IMG/VR virus record: IMGVR_UViG_3300008117_004550
Location: 1 to 39,888 of that record
Source of the DNA: a virus
Lineage: Duplodnaviria; Caudoviricetes
DNA length: 39,888 nt
Strand: one strand, 5' to 3'
Every line of letters begins with the position of its first letter. Position 1 is the stretch's first letter. This document shows, one piece after another, positions 19,304 to 29,220 of this stretch. The notes beneath the pieces are model-generated. The model was not told the origin of the DNA and ran no database searches. It saw only the letters and a list, made by a program, of their open reading frames with translations. The position numbers and the translations under genes are program-made.

Positions 19304-20571
19304 TATTTATTTAACATTTTTAATTTAGGTAGTTGCAATTGCTGAAACTTCGGTTGTACTTTAGTATAAATACCATACTGATTTAAAATTTCATCAAACA
19401 ATTTAGTCATTTTTCCTAAACTAAAATTTTGTTTGTTCTGCTTACCCAATTGAAATGCCGCAACTTTGTATTTATCATAATTTTTGTAAACATCTTTGAT
19501 TTTGGATAATGCTTTTGAAATATTTACATTAAACCATTGTGAATCTTTTAATAGAAATTGGTCTGCGGCCGATTCATGTACGTTTTTTAATTCACCATCT
19601 AACAATACCGCACCTTCTTTTAAGAAATCCAAATGCCCACTCCAATTACTTACTAATATGGGTTTGCCCGTTAAACTAAATTCTAAAAGAGGTCTACCAA
19701 ATCCTTCACCCTTTGTAAAGTTCAACATTGCTTTTACCTTTGGATGTTCATATAAACCATTTAATTCATATGGATTCATATCCCCATGTATTAAATAAAC
19801 AGGAACTTTTCCATAATCTTTTGCAAGTGCATGTCTGATTTTTGATACGATTCCCTCTCTATCCAAAACACTAAATGTTGCTGATGATGTTTTTAATACC
19901 AATGCTGGTTTTATTTTTTCATCTCTAAAAGCCATTGCAAAAGCTTTAATCATCATACCAATATTTTTTCTATCTTCTCCCTCATCTCCCTTTAACCAAT
20001 GTCCTACAAATAGAAAAGCAAAATCTTCTTTTACTTCATTCAATACATCAATTTGTGCAACTACATCTGTCCCAAAATCGTTTTCATTGAATCCTTCGAA
20101 AAGAATTTCAACTGGTTTTTCAATTTTATGCTGACGGATTAGTTGACCTGTTTGTTGATTTGCTTCGTTATAAACCGTTCCAATTAAACTTTTCTTTGCA
20201 TGTTCAGATGGAACAATAATCAAATCCATTCGGTTACAACCTTGAATCCAATCCAACGCACATACCGTTGTTTCGATGCCAGCTGTAATTCCGATATTAT
20301 AATGTCCTAATGGTTGAAATTCATTTGGTACTGTGACTTGTACATAAATGTCCGGCTTTTGTTGAATAGATGGTACGATATTATCTACAATCCATTTATG
20401 AAATTCATTATTATAATTAAGTGCATCCATTGGAGTATTACCCCAACGAGTACTAATTACTTTAATATCGAATTTATCTAATTTATAAAGTGATTGTAAT
20501 AAATCTCTCGCGTGGTCACCATATCCACTTCTCGTTGCTACCGGTGCTTGAAATATTAATGTTGGTTTCAT
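19303..20571 (-). CDS. GT4-like glycosyltransferase
   Basis: SGYGDHAR, VPSEH, FLFVG, DRKN, KGEGFGRPLLE, WSGHLDF. Confidence 0.88.
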   Translation of the reverse strand: MKPTLIFQAPVATRSGYGDHARDLLQSLYKLDKFDIKVISTRWGNTPMDALNYNNEFHKWIVDNIVPSIQQKPDIYVQVTVPNEFQPLGHYNIGITAGIETTVCALDWIQGCNRMDLIIVPSEHAKKSLIGTVYNEANQQTGQLIRQHKIEKPVEILFEGFNENDFGTDVVAQIDVLNEVKEDFAFLFVGHWLKGDEGEDRKNIGMMIKAFAMAFRDEKIKPALVLKTSSATFSVLDREGIVSKIRHALAKDYGKVPVYLIHGDMNPYELNGLYEHPKVKAMLNFTKGEGFGRPLLEFSLTGKPILVSNWSGHLDFLKEGAVLLDGELKNVHESAADQFLLKDSQWFNVNISKALSKIKDVYKNYDKYKVAAFQLGKQNKQNFSLGKMTKLFDEILNQYGIYTKVQPKFQQLQLPKLKMLNK

Positions 20572-21947
20572 ATTGTAACTAATTGATATTTTTTAATAGG
20601 TTTCCAATTTGCAAATGCTCCTTCCATACCATCCACTAAAGATTGGCACATATATTCTCTACTTAAATTCCCTTCTCCTAACATCCACTTTCTACCTTTG
20701 ATTCCGGCTTCTTTTCGGGCTTCTCTACCCATGTCATACCATTCTCTAATCAAAGGTGCTACATCCAAAAAGTCAACCCTATCATCAAAGATATATGGTG
20801 TAGGAACCGAACCCGTTGTTGAACGTACTGGCCAAATTGGTCTTACCCAATCTCCCCAAACATGTGTGTTCTTTTTATAACGGTCATGCAAAGAACCAAT
20901 TTCTACATAATCTTCTGCGGTTAATAACTTACCACTACCTTTTACTCTAAATCCACATTGGTCTTGCATACCACCTGTCACATTTACAATGATTGGAGTT
21001 CCAGCCATTACCGATTCTGCGGTTGCTAATCCAAATCCTTCATTAGATGCCAAATTGATTGTAACATCTGCCATATTATAAAGGTAGTTCAATTCTTGTT
21101 CTGTGTATCTATTTGGTGCAAAGATTATATTTACTTCCGGCATCAAATGTTCTGCGACTCTAGGTAAATCTGTACCATTCTCATCTACAGGTGTAGTATG
21201 CATTAACATACAAACTCTATCCTTCTGTTCGGGTCTTAAAGTTTCTACAAACTCTTTAAATGCTAACATCGCATCTATTGGTTGCTTTCTACGAATATTT
21301 CTGTTTGACCAGTAAAGAACGAAATCATATTCTTTATCACCGAAAATACTCTTTTTAAAATCTTCAGGTACTTCTACAGGTTTGTAATCTTCCGAATTAA
21401 TACCATGTGGTACATAACTTACTTGCCAATCTTCTGGCTTCTTCCAATGTTTTTCTTTATCCCAACCCCAAACTCTACGCGTAATACCGTAGGTTTGTTT
21501 TGAAATACATCCAATCCAATCACAACTTTCGTAGTAATCTCTATTATATTTTGGGTCTGGTAAATCATCCCAAATGTGGTAGAAGAAAAGGGGTACTGAT
21601 TGGCGAATTTCATGTGCCATCTCATATAACCAAATCCAATAACGAGGGTCGGTAAAGTGTAAGATAGCATCAGGCTTTTCAATCATCAATAATTGACGAA
21701 TAACATCCGGATTACCATATCCATCAAACGGGTATATTTTTACACTTGCATCTGCTACGCCTGTTCTTTTGCGTACATCTTCATTTAAGTCCATAACCTT
21801 ACCAGCTTCAGGATGCTTAATAGCAGCTCCTAATTGTACCCAATCATATTTGTCAACTGTACCTAATACTAATTGTTTTGAAACGTTTGCGATACCACTC
21901 GCCATTCGAAGGTCATCAGATAGTAACAGAATTTTCTTTTTTGCCAT
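20568..21947 (-). CDS. GT4-like glycosyltransferase
   Basis: SGIA, VPHGI, NRNIRRK, YNMADV, NEGFGLATAES, TGGMQDQ. Confidence 0.88.
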   Translation of the reverse strand: MAKKKILLLSDDLRMASGIANVSKQLVLGTVDKYDWVQLGAAIKHPEAGKVMDLNEDVRKRTGVADASVKIYPFDGYGNPDVIRQLLMIEKPDAILHFTDPRYWIWLYEMAHEIRQSVPLFFYHIWDDLPDPKYNRDYYESCDWIGCISKQTYGITRRVWGWDKEKHWKKPEDWQVSYVPHGINSEDYKPVEVPEDFKKSIFGDKEYDFVLYWSNRNIRRKQPIDAMLAFKEFVETLRPEQKDRVCMLMHTTPVDENGTDLPRVAEHLMPEVNIIFAPNRYTEQELNYLYNMADVTINLASNEGFGLATAESVMAGTPIIVNVTGGMQDQCGFRVKGSGKLLTAEDYVEIGSLHDRYKKNTHVWGDWVRPIWPVRSTTGSVPTPYIFDDRVDFLDVAPLIREWYDMGREARKEAGIKGRKWMLGEGNLSREYMCQSLVDGMEGAFANWKPIKKYQLVTI

Positions 21948-21976
21948 AACTAATTTTAAATATATATTGTTTTTAC

Positions 21977-22840
21977 TTAATTTTTTCCGTCGCAGTGTGT
22001 TCCGTAAAATTCACACCAACCACAAAGTTTGCTTGGTTTTTTGTGATAATTTACATTCAATCGGTAAGTACCGGTTTCATCAAACACACTTTCAACAAAT
22101 CCTTTGAATCCTGTCCATGCTTTGTTTATTGATGGTTTTCCGTTTGCAGGAATATGCTTACTCATTCGGTGAGTTGGAATATCTTCTCTAACTGCAACTT
22201 TTCTTTTTAAGATGATAAATTCAACATCAATCATATCTTCGGAAATACCAATCAATTCTGCATAAAACTTTTTGTAAAGAAGTATTTGAGAATTTTTAAC
22301 AGCATCTGCTTTTTGATATTTACTCCAACCTGCAGTTGATGTTTTAAAATCTATAATACGATATTTGCCTGTAAATGTATCTTTAACAATCAAATCAATA
22401 AATCCCATAAAGTTTACACCCTCTGCAATTTTTGTGTTTATTGGTTGTTCGATTGCTACTAATTCATCATGCTTTAGTGAAAAGAATTTATTAAAGTTTT
22501 TAGATTTTTGAAACCAATCCAAAAGAACGTTTCCATCTTCTAAAAACTCTACCATTTCTTCTTTTGTGCAAACATTAAGAGTTCCGCCGGCAGAATCTTT
22601 TATGTAGGTTTCTCTCATTCTTTCTTTGAGATATTCCTTCAAATCAATCATCTTATCTGCCTGTGATTTGGATATTCTTAAACACTTATCTAAATAGTGT
22701 TGTAGTGTTTCGTGCATTGCTGTTCCAAATACTGAATGTATATTGGATGTGGATTGTGATAATCCATCTATGTATGCTAATTTGTATTGTTGTGGACAAC
22801 TACTCCACATACTATATTGTGAAAATGATACTCTTGCCAT
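21977..22840 (-). CDS. PD-(D/E)xK nuclease (RecB/Cas4-like)
   Basis: SFSQ...CP, FGTAMHE, AIEQ, GFIDL, IIDFKT, QILLY, C-terminal CGWCEFYGTHC. Confidence 0.88.
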   Translation of the reverse strand: MARVSFSQYSMWSSCPQQYKLAYIDGLSQSTSNIHSVFGTAMHETLQHYLDKCLRISKSQADKMIDLKEYLKERMRETYIKDSAGGTLNVCTKEEMVEFLEDGNVLLDWFQKSKNFNKFFSLKHDELVAIEQPINTKIAEGVNFMGFIDLIVKDTFTGKYRIIDFKTSTAGWSKYQKADAVKNSQILLYKKFYAELIGISEDMIDVEFIILKRKVAVREDIPTHRMSKHIPANGKPSINKAWTGFKGFVESVFDETGTYRLNVNYHKKPSKLCGWCEFYGTHCDGKN

Positions 22841-22844
22841 AGAA

Positions 22845-22876
22845 CTAATATAACTAAATTTTTTGTATTTATCAAA
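22845..22876 (-). promoter_or_regulatory. Bacteroidota-type promoter TTTG-N20-TATATTAG upstream of the nuclease gene
   Basis: TTTG at 22876-22873, 20-nt spacer, TATATTAG at 22852-22845; one of four identically spaced copies. Confidence 0.7.
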
Positions 22877-23324
22877 TTTTTAATTTCAATTTAGTTATTT
22901 GTTTTTTATCAGTTCCATATTTTTCGCAAATGTATTTTATATTTTCTCTACCCTCTCTCGTTGAGTAAAGAACTTCAATATATTCTAATGCTTCTTTTTG
23001 TGAACATTGAAAGTCGATTTTAATTAAATCAATTAAAAACTGTTCATATTTTTCTTCACCTTTACCTTTTATATATTTCAAAAAGTATTTACCTTTTGGA
23101 ATTACACTTATATACAACTTATACATTTCTTTTGGTTGTAATGTTTGTGTCAAAGGTAAAAGAGTTGCAATCAATTCAACCCACTCTGGCTTCATAGAAA
23201 GAAAACGATTAATCATAAAATTACTCCATGATTTCAAATCCTCTTCTGAAAGTTTATCGAAGTACTTTGGGTCTTGTTCTGCGGTTATTGCGTTTAAATG
23301 GTCAAATAACTTTTTAACTGCCAT
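22872..23324 (-). CDS. Clamp loader accessory subunit (T4 gp62-like)
   Basis: LFDHLNAI, WSNFMINRFLSM, PKGKYFLKYIK; located next to the gp44-like gene. Confidence 0.65.
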   Translation of the reverse strand: MAVKKLFDHLNAITAEQDPKYFDKLSEEDLKSWSNFMINRFLSMKPEWVELIATLLPLTQTLQPKEMYKLYISVIPKGKYFLKYIKGKGEEKYEQFLIDLIKIDFQCSQKEALEYIEVLYSTREGRENIKYICEKYGTDKKQITKLKLKI

Positions 23325-23566
23325 TATTCTACAATTTTTTTATCTTTTAATTCATCTGGTAAAAGGTCTTGTAATGGTTTTCCACATTGTGTACAAAGGT
23401 ACATTTCAATTGGAAGTACACTATCTTTTGCACCACCTGTAATTAAACGTGATACTTTTCTAAATCTAAAACCCGGCATAAATGTATTATTACCACACTC
23501 ACAAAGCATTTCTCTTGCATCGTTTAAATTAAAATTCATTGGTAATTGTCCTTGTCCTTGTTCCAT
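23324..23566 (-). CDS. Small Zn-ribbon protein
   Basis: CECG...CTQCG; lies between the two clamp loader genes. Confidence 0.6.
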   Translation of the reverse strand: MEQGQGQLPMNFNLNDAREMLCECGNNTFMPGFRFRKVSRLITGGAKDSVLPIEMYLCTQCGKPLQDLLPDELKDKKIVE

Positions 23567-23571
23567 TTTGT

Positions 23572-24420
23572 TTATTTTATAATGTTTAATATTTGTATAA
23601 TTGTACTCATAAATACTATTTCTTTATCTACTACTAATGCATCTTTTGAAAGACCATCCGCAATAGTTAGAATTACGTTTGCAGTATTTCCTGCCGCATA
23701 TTCATCTACTTTATCGTATAACATTGAATACATTTCTGAATAATCGTTTAGAACCATCACTTTGTGGTCTACTTTCAATTCTCCCTTTGCTGATTGTAAT
23801 TGGCAAGTATTAAGTATTCTACGAATATCAGGATAATAAGAATTAATGATGTCTGCAACATTCTTAATATCATACTTAATCTTTTCCGAATCTAAAACCT
23901 TACTAACTTGTACTGCCACATCTTTTTTAGTCGGTGGAGTAATTGCGAATGATTGACAACGGCTTTGAATAGGGTCAATGATTTTCTCAATATAATTACA
24001 AGTCAAAATGAATCTACAATGTTTACTGAATGTTTCCATTAAGTTTCTCAAAATCGCTTGTGCTCCCGGTGTCATATAATCAAACTCATCTAATATGATT
24101 ACTTTGAAACCTGCAAATCCAACTGATGATGCGAAGTTCTTAACTTTTGTTCTTACTGTATCTACATTGTTTTCATCTGATGCGTTGATAATCATACTAT
24201 CACACTTAATTGTGTTTACGATTAGTTTAGCAAGTGTGGTCTTACCAGTACCTGCTTTTCCGTATAACAACAAATGTGGTATGTCGTTTGCATCTAAATA
24301 TTGCTGAATAGTTTCTTTGATGGTTTCATTACCAACATAGTCAGCAAGAGTTTGTGGGCGGTATTTTTCCACCCACAAAGTATGCTCTCTTTTACTTATA
24401 TCATTTGCGAAAAAACTCAT
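23572..24420 (-). CDS. Clamp loader AAA+ subunit (RFC small subunit/T4 gp44-like)
   Basis: LWVEKYRP, GKAGTGKTT, NASDE, ILDEFD, AQAILR, FILTCN, IQSRC. Likely ATG at 24420. Confidence 0.93.
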   Translation of the reverse strand: MSFFANDISKREHTLWVEKYRPQTLADYVGNETIKETIQQYLDANDIPHLLLYGKAGTGKTTLAKLIVNTIKCDSMIINASDENNVDTVRTKVKNFASSVGFAGFKVIILDEFDYMTPGAQAILRNLMETFSKHCRFILTCNYIEKIIDPIQSRCQSFAITPPTKKDVAVQVSKVLDSEKIKYDIKNVADIINSYYPDIRRILNTCQLQSAKGELKVDHKVMVLNDYSEMYSMLYDKVDEYAAGNTANVILTIADGLSKDALVVDKEIVFMSTIIQILNIIK

Positions 24421-24421
24421 A

Positions 24422-24862
24422 TTATTTTCCAGTTGAACCGAATCCGCCATCGCCTCTTTCGGTGTTAGATAATTCTTCTACTTCAGTAAATTCTATTTGT
24501 GGATATGGTAAGATAATAATTTGTGCAATTCTATCACCAACTTTGTAATCAGTTTCATCAATTCTTACATCATTTTTTCCATATACTTTTTTGAATGTAG
24601 CTTGTAATTCACCTCTATACCCACTATCAACTACTCCAACACAATTTGTCAAAGCCAAATCAGTTTTTCTAATTGATGAACGAGGAAATATCAATCCTAC
24701 AAATCCTTCCGGTATTTCCAATGCAATTCCCATCCCATATGTTACATCGAATGTCGTATTGGATAATATTGATGTTGCTACCAAATCCATCCCACCATCG
24801 CCAGATTTAGCGTATTGTGGTACTACTGCATTAGGATGCAGTTTCTTGATTTTTACTTTCAT
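24422..24862 (-). CDS. dut: Trimeric dUTPase
   Basis: GMDL, PRSS, GVVDSGYRGE, GDRIAQ, RGDGGFGSTG. Likely ATG at 24862. Confidence 0.95.
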   Translation of the reverse strand: MKVKIKKLHPNAVVPQYAKSGDGGMDLVATSILSNTTFDVTYGMGIALEIPEGFVGLIFPRSSIRKTDLALTNCVGVVDSGYRGELQATFKKVYGKNDVRIDETDYKVGDRIAQIIILPYPQIEFTEVEELSNTERGDGGFGSTGK

Positions 24863-25148
24863 CTTGCTCTTTTCTAATTTGTTTTGTATCTTCGGAAATA
24901 GGTCTTGCAAATATTTTAAACTCCATTCCATTCTGTTTAAATGTTAATACATCACCCTCCACTGGTTGTAATTGTAAAACTAAAGGAGATGGTTCCGTAT
25001 TTTCACCTTGCCAACCAAATACTACAGGTTCGTTATTAAAAAATTGAAAACACCACTCTGCATCTTTAATTGGTTCTTGTGCAGGAATTTCTACACTACT
25101 TTGTAATTGTGATTCCTCTACTGGGAATAATTCTAATTGTTCTGTCAT
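24831..25148 (-). CDS. Acidic hypothetical protein
   Basis: 105-aa ORF between the clamp and dut; begins MTEQLELF. Confidence 0.55.
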   Translation of the reverse strand: MTEQLELFPVEESQLQSSVEIPAQEPIKDAEWCFQFFNNEPVVFGWQGENTEPSPLVLQLQPVEGDVLTFKQNGMEFKIFARPISEDTKQIRKEQDESKNQETAS

Positions 25149-25153
25149 TTTTA

Positions 25154-25867
25154 TTAATTTGCTATTTCTACTAAATAATACTTACAAACGAAATCATCAA
25201 TTTGGAATTCAACGTGCGATAAACCATCGGTTGATACTTTCAATTTAGCATTAGTTGCTTCTTTATTTGCTGTAAGAATTTCTTTTAAATATTTTGCTGA
25301 AAAGGAAATTGGTTTTATTTCTACCAATACATTTTTTTGACAAGTTATCGTAACTCTGTTTGTGGAAATTGATGAATATCCAATTGCCATTTTCAAATCA
25401 CCACCTTCTGTGAAGATTGTGAATGTATCGATATCACTCAATGCACCCTTTGCTTTGATAAATTTATCTACCATTTGAGATGTCATATCAATTTCAATAG
25501 TAAATTCAGGCAATGTTTTCAAATCTGGCACAGGTGGAATAACACCTAAATCTGCTAACTGGTAAGATGTTTCGGTATCATCCGAATTCAACTTAAGAGT
25601 AACTGCTTTATCTCCCGATTTATCTACTTTTAATTTAATATCACTGTCTAATACACCAATCATATTTTTTAATAATGATGTTGTATAAATACCAACATTA
25701 AATGGATTAGAAGTAAATGCATTAAATTCAACCTCACCCAATAGGGTTTTATCATCCGAAATAAATCTTACGGATAATTTTGTTCCTTCCGCATTCCATG
25801 CTACGGATTCAATAAGTCCTCCTAATGAATACTTTTGAATAAATCTTAATAAATTGTTTTTGTTCAT
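25154..25867 (-). CDS. DNA sliding clamp (gp45/PCNA-like)
   Basis: 237 aa with a two-domain alpha/beta pattern (YTTSLLKNMI; FSAKYLKEIL; VSTDGL..VEF; YYLV), located between the polymerase and the clamp loader. Confidence 0.75.
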   Translation of the reverse strand: MNKNNLLRFIQKYSLGGLIESVAWNAEGTKLSVRFISDDKTLLGEVEFNAFTSNPFNVGIYTTSLLKNMIGVLDSDIKLKVDKSGDKAVTLKLNSDDTETSYQLADLGVIPPVPDLKTLPEFTIEIDMTSQMVDKFIKAKGALSDIDTFTIFTEGGDLKMAIGYSSISTNRVTITCQKNVLVEIKPISFSAKYLKEILTANKEATNAKLKVSTDGLSHVEFQIDDFVCKYYLVEIAN

Positions 25868-25893
25868 TTGTTTTAAATTTTATGTTTGTTTAT

Positions 25894-25925
25894 TAAATAT
25901 ACGGAAAATATTTCTAAATTTCAAA
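25894..25925 (-). promoter_or_regulatory. Bacteroidota-type promoter TTTG-N20-TATATTTA upstream of the clamp gene
   Basis: TTTG at 25925-25922, 20-nt spacer, TATATTTA at 25901-25894. Confidence 0.7.
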
Positions 25926-26663
25926 TTTTTCTGTAATATAATTGAATAAATTTTGAGCGTACTCCTCATTTACTCTTGGTGTAGCGTGTGTATTTTTATC
26001 TTCAAAATATGGATAATCCCCATCAAAACGATTTTCATCCGTATAATCTGTTTTTAAAAATGTTCCGTTCCAAATAAATGGTATTTTTTTAGATTTTAAA
26101 TAATAAGTTATCAATTGGTGATTTTTATACCAATTTATAAAATCTTCTTCAGCGTTGGTTGTTGACATTATATTTCCCCACTTTATTCTGCCTGATATTT
26201 CTTCATCAAAATATCCCCACGGATTTGGATGAAATGGTTCAATTCCACCAGTGTTGGTGTAGTATTCTCTTCTATTAGGATATGTGTACATTACTAAAAC
26301 CAATGATGGCTTTAAATAATCAGTCCAAGTTAAAATTGCTCTACTAATGTAATCATTACTTCTTCCGCTCATTCCTAAATTATAATCAATTCCCGATTTT
26401 ATCTTTCTTGATAAAAAATGTGGCCAAGTCTCTGTATCTTTTACATCTATACCTTCCGTATGCGCACATCCTACTGACATTAATTTAATGCCATTAAAAA
26501 TTGTATTATCACCTCTAAAACCTATTTCATTAAATCTATAATGGTTATTTCCTTTATCCGAGCCGTTTCCCAAAAATTGTTTTCCTGGTCTTTCTTTAAA
26601 TGACCATTTGTAACTTGAAATTTCAAAATCTTCTGTTGTCCAATATTTTAAACTCTGTTTCAT
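25914..26663 (-). CDS. SGNH-like protein (nucleophile position is Ala)
   Basis: YRFNEIGFRGD, VGCAHTEG, TWP, NLGMSGRSND, THA. Likely ATG at 26663. Confidence 0.6.
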   Translation of the reverse strand: MKQSLKYWTTEDFEISSYKWSFKERPGKQFLGNGSDKGNNHYRFNEIGFRGDNTIFNGIKLMSVGCAHTEGIDVKDTETWPHFLSRKIKSGIDYNLGMSGRSNDYISRAILTWTDYLKPSLVLVMYTYPNRREYYTNTGGIEPFHPNPWGYFDEEISGRIKWGNIMSTTNAEEDFINWYKNHQLITYYLKSKKIPFIWNGTFLKTDYTDENRFDGDYPYFEDKNTHATPRVNEEYAQNLFNYITEKFEI

Positions 26664-26664
26664 A

Positions 26665-29220
26665 TTAAAATGCAAAAAACTTTTTAGCTGTTTGTGTTTC
26701 TACCGATGCCTTTTCCCATTTAAGTGCTTTATAAAAATCATCAATTTTATTTTCCAATTCTGCTTTATATATTTCATCTCTATCAATATACGTTTCAATA
26801 AAATCTATAACCTCTTTTGGGTCATTATAATCTTTGAATGCCAACCCTTCCAATCCCAATGGATTTGTTTTAAGATATACCCACTTTACTTTATCACCAT
26901 CTCTGATAGGTTCGTGCTTATACGGGCAATTGAAGAATTTTAATAATCTGTTATATGCTATTCCGGCTTTAACGTGTGCAGGCGTTCCCTTTTCAAAGTC
27001 TGCTATTGATTTTCCCTTTACCCAACTTCCATCATCATATTTACTTAACTCTTTAATTGCTCCACCTTTAGCTATTTTATTTACAGGTAAATTAATCATA
27101 CTTTTTTTAAATTCTAAAAGAGAATGGTCAATTTGTTCATTTGATTTACCCATTAGAATATCTTTGAGAGTTTTAGCCATAAAGTCCTGAAATGCTTTTG
27201 GAAACGATGAACGAACCACATCCAATCCTTTTACATCTAATTTATCGCAAGGGATACCGTTTTTCAAAATCATCCATTGTGCGTATCGTTTTTTTGCTAC
27301 CCAAAATCCTGCTTTACTGATATACTCTTTTTTAATCTCAAAACGATGTTTATCTTTTGGAATGAAGAAAAACTTTTCTGCCAACAAGTCGTAAAATTTA
27401 TTAAGAAATGTTTGTGTTTCCTCTGCAATAGTATTTACTTCCTGTGCCATTCTCTTTTCATCAAATTCCTTATATTCTGGATATCTATATTTTACCAAAG
27501 GTTCTGCCATCATATAAATTGAGTCAGTATCAATATAAACATTGTAGTCCTCTTTTGTTCCTAACTCTTTCCAATATTTGATGTTTGCCATTTCAGCGGT
27601 TTTTTTAATAACAGTTTGACCCGTAATAGTAACTGCCTCTGCGTTATCAATATCATAGAATCTGAAAGCTGGTAATCCTAATACTCCATACATTGAGTTT
27701 AAAAGAATCTTTTGTACCAACTGACGTTTTGCATAAAACTCATATTTTTCCGTATCCCCTTCTTCACCATACTTTTTTTCTAATTTACGAAATTCAACAC
27801 GCTTATCAAACCAATCATTAAGAATATCTGCAATTAGACCTGGTGAGTCTTGGTTATATATTACTCCGTTTGCTGCTATTCCCAAATTAGAATCTTTAAT
27901 TAATTCGGTTAATTCTTGTCGATTGTATTCATATTCTTCACCATCTTTGCTTACCAAATGATGTTTAGTATCTTCACCTTTAATCCATGCTTCCGCGTCC
28001 CAATTTGTAATTTTACCAACTTTTGTTTCAGGTGAGATATTAAGTGTCATAATGATTGATGGATATAGAGATGTTAAGTCCAAATCATAAATCCAATCAT
28101 ACTTGCCAACAATGGGTTCTTTCACATAAGCTCCAATAAACTTCTCTTCGTTGTTATCACGAAGTGCTTGCATCCTTTCTTTTCTATCTTTTGGTTTGTT
28201 TGATGCTACTAATCCTTTCTTTTTAAGGTATGCCAAACAAGCTCCTTCTAACCATTTTGATGAAAATATATAATCTTCGTATGGTACATATCCTGCGTGG
28301 CAAACCGCTCTACATAATTCAATGAATTGAAGTTTTTCATCCAATGCTACAACCAAGTCCACATCGACAATGTTATACTCAATGAATTTTTCTAAATCAT
28401 TTTCGAAAAGGTCATCCAAACTTCCTTCATATTCAACCTTACCTCTACCTAATTCTTTGGTAGCAATGTGATTTAAAGTATAAGATGATTCCAGTGTGTA
28501 AGTATAAGTTTTATAAAGATTGATATAATCTAAAATACTAACACCACCAAATTGCCACTTATCTCTATAAGGTGAATAAAATGATTGTCCAATAGGTGAT
28601 AATCTTTTTGCATGTCCTTCACCGCAGACATTTTTAATACGATTGTAGAGGTATGGAATATCAAAAAAGTCTATGTTCCAACCTGTGAGAATAGTCGGAT
28701 TAATTTCTTCGTAATAATTAAGAAATGAATGTAAAAGATTTTTCTCGTTATTGAAAATGTGAACATTAACCTCTCTCCCATCTTTACTAAATGAGTTGGC
28801 ATTGTTTTTAATTTTATTTTGTTTATCTAATACGAAAACATCAAACATTTTTGTTGCACTATCATGTGCTGCGATTGCTGTAATTTCGTTTTGTGCCTCT
28901 TTTGTGTTTGGTAAACCTGTTATCATTTCCACCTCAATGTCAAATGTCATTGTTCTATGACCTTTTGATGGTAAATCTGATTCATAAATATCAACCAATA
29001 CTCGTGTCGTTTCAGGAACATCACTTTCAAATAAATCCTCAGCTTCATCTTTTTCCCATTTACCAATCTTGCTCAATTTATCACCATACATTGAACGATA
29101 TTGTCCGTATGGGTCTTTCTTATATGCATACTTACGATAAGGGAATGTTGTATATCCTCTTTCATCATCCCATAGATGCATTAAGTTTTTTCCTCTTTCG
29201 TAATAAATGTTTTGATACAT
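26665..29220 (-). CDS. Family B DNA polymerase with 3'-5' exonuclease (gp43-like)
   Basis: FDIE, GWNIDFFD, YNIVD, DLTSLYPS, KILLNSMYG, YIDTDS, KKRY, KGLDVVRS. Confidence 0.97.
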   Translation of the reverse strand: MYQNIYYERGKNLMHLWDDERGYTTFPYRKYAYKKDPYGQYRSMYGDKLSKIGKWEKDEAEDLFESDVPETTRVLVDIYESDLPSKGHRTMTFDIEVEMITGLPNTKEAQNEITAIAAHDSATKMFDVFVLDKQNKIKNNANSFSKDGREVNVHIFNNEKNLLHSFLNYYEEINPTILTGWNIDFFDIPYLYNRIKNVCGEGHAKRLSPIGQSFYSPYRDKWQFGGVSILDYINLYKTYTYTLESSYTLNHIATKELGRGKVEYEGSLDDLFENDLEKFIEYNIVDVDLVVALDEKLQFIELCRAVCHAGYVPYEDYIFSSKWLEGACLAYLKKKGLVASNKPKDRKERMQALRDNNEEKFIGAYVKEPIVGKYDWIYDLDLTSLYPSIIMTLNISPETKVGKITNWDAEAWIKGEDTKHHLVSKDGEEYEYNRQELTELIKDSNLGIAANGVIYNQDSPGLIADILNDWFDKRVEFRKLEKKYGEEGDTEKYEFYAKRQLVQKILLNSMYGVLGLPAFRFYDIDNAEAVTITGQTVIKKTAEMANIKYWKELGTKEDYNVYIDTDSIYMMAEPLVKYRYPEYKEFDEKRMAQEVNTIAEETQTFLNKFYDLLAEKFFFIPKDKHRFEIKKEYISKAGFWVAKKRYAQWMILKNGIPCDKLDVKGLDVVRSSFPKAFQDFMAKTLKDILMGKSNEQIDHSLLEFKKSMINLPVNKIAKGGAIKELSKYDDGSWVKGKSIADFEKGTPAHVKAGIAYNRLLKFFNCPYKHEPIRDGDKVKWVYLKTNPLGLEGLAFKDYNDPKEVIDFIETYIDRDEIYKAELENKIDDFYKALKWEKASVETQTAKKFFAF

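Noticed and set aside
21419-21682. Alternative-frame minus ORF inside the GT4 gene
   Set aside because: Fully nested with no motif or start context; expected by chance.
21957-21988. Fifth Bacteroidota-type promoter upstream of the GT4 pair
   Set aside because: TATATTTA is present, but the -33 position reads GGAA rather than TTTG, so it was not called.
21977-22840. CRISPR-Cas system suggested by the Cas4-like nuclease
   Set aside because: No repeat-spacer array or other cas genes seen; solo PD-(D/E)xK nucleases are routine in phage replication blocks.
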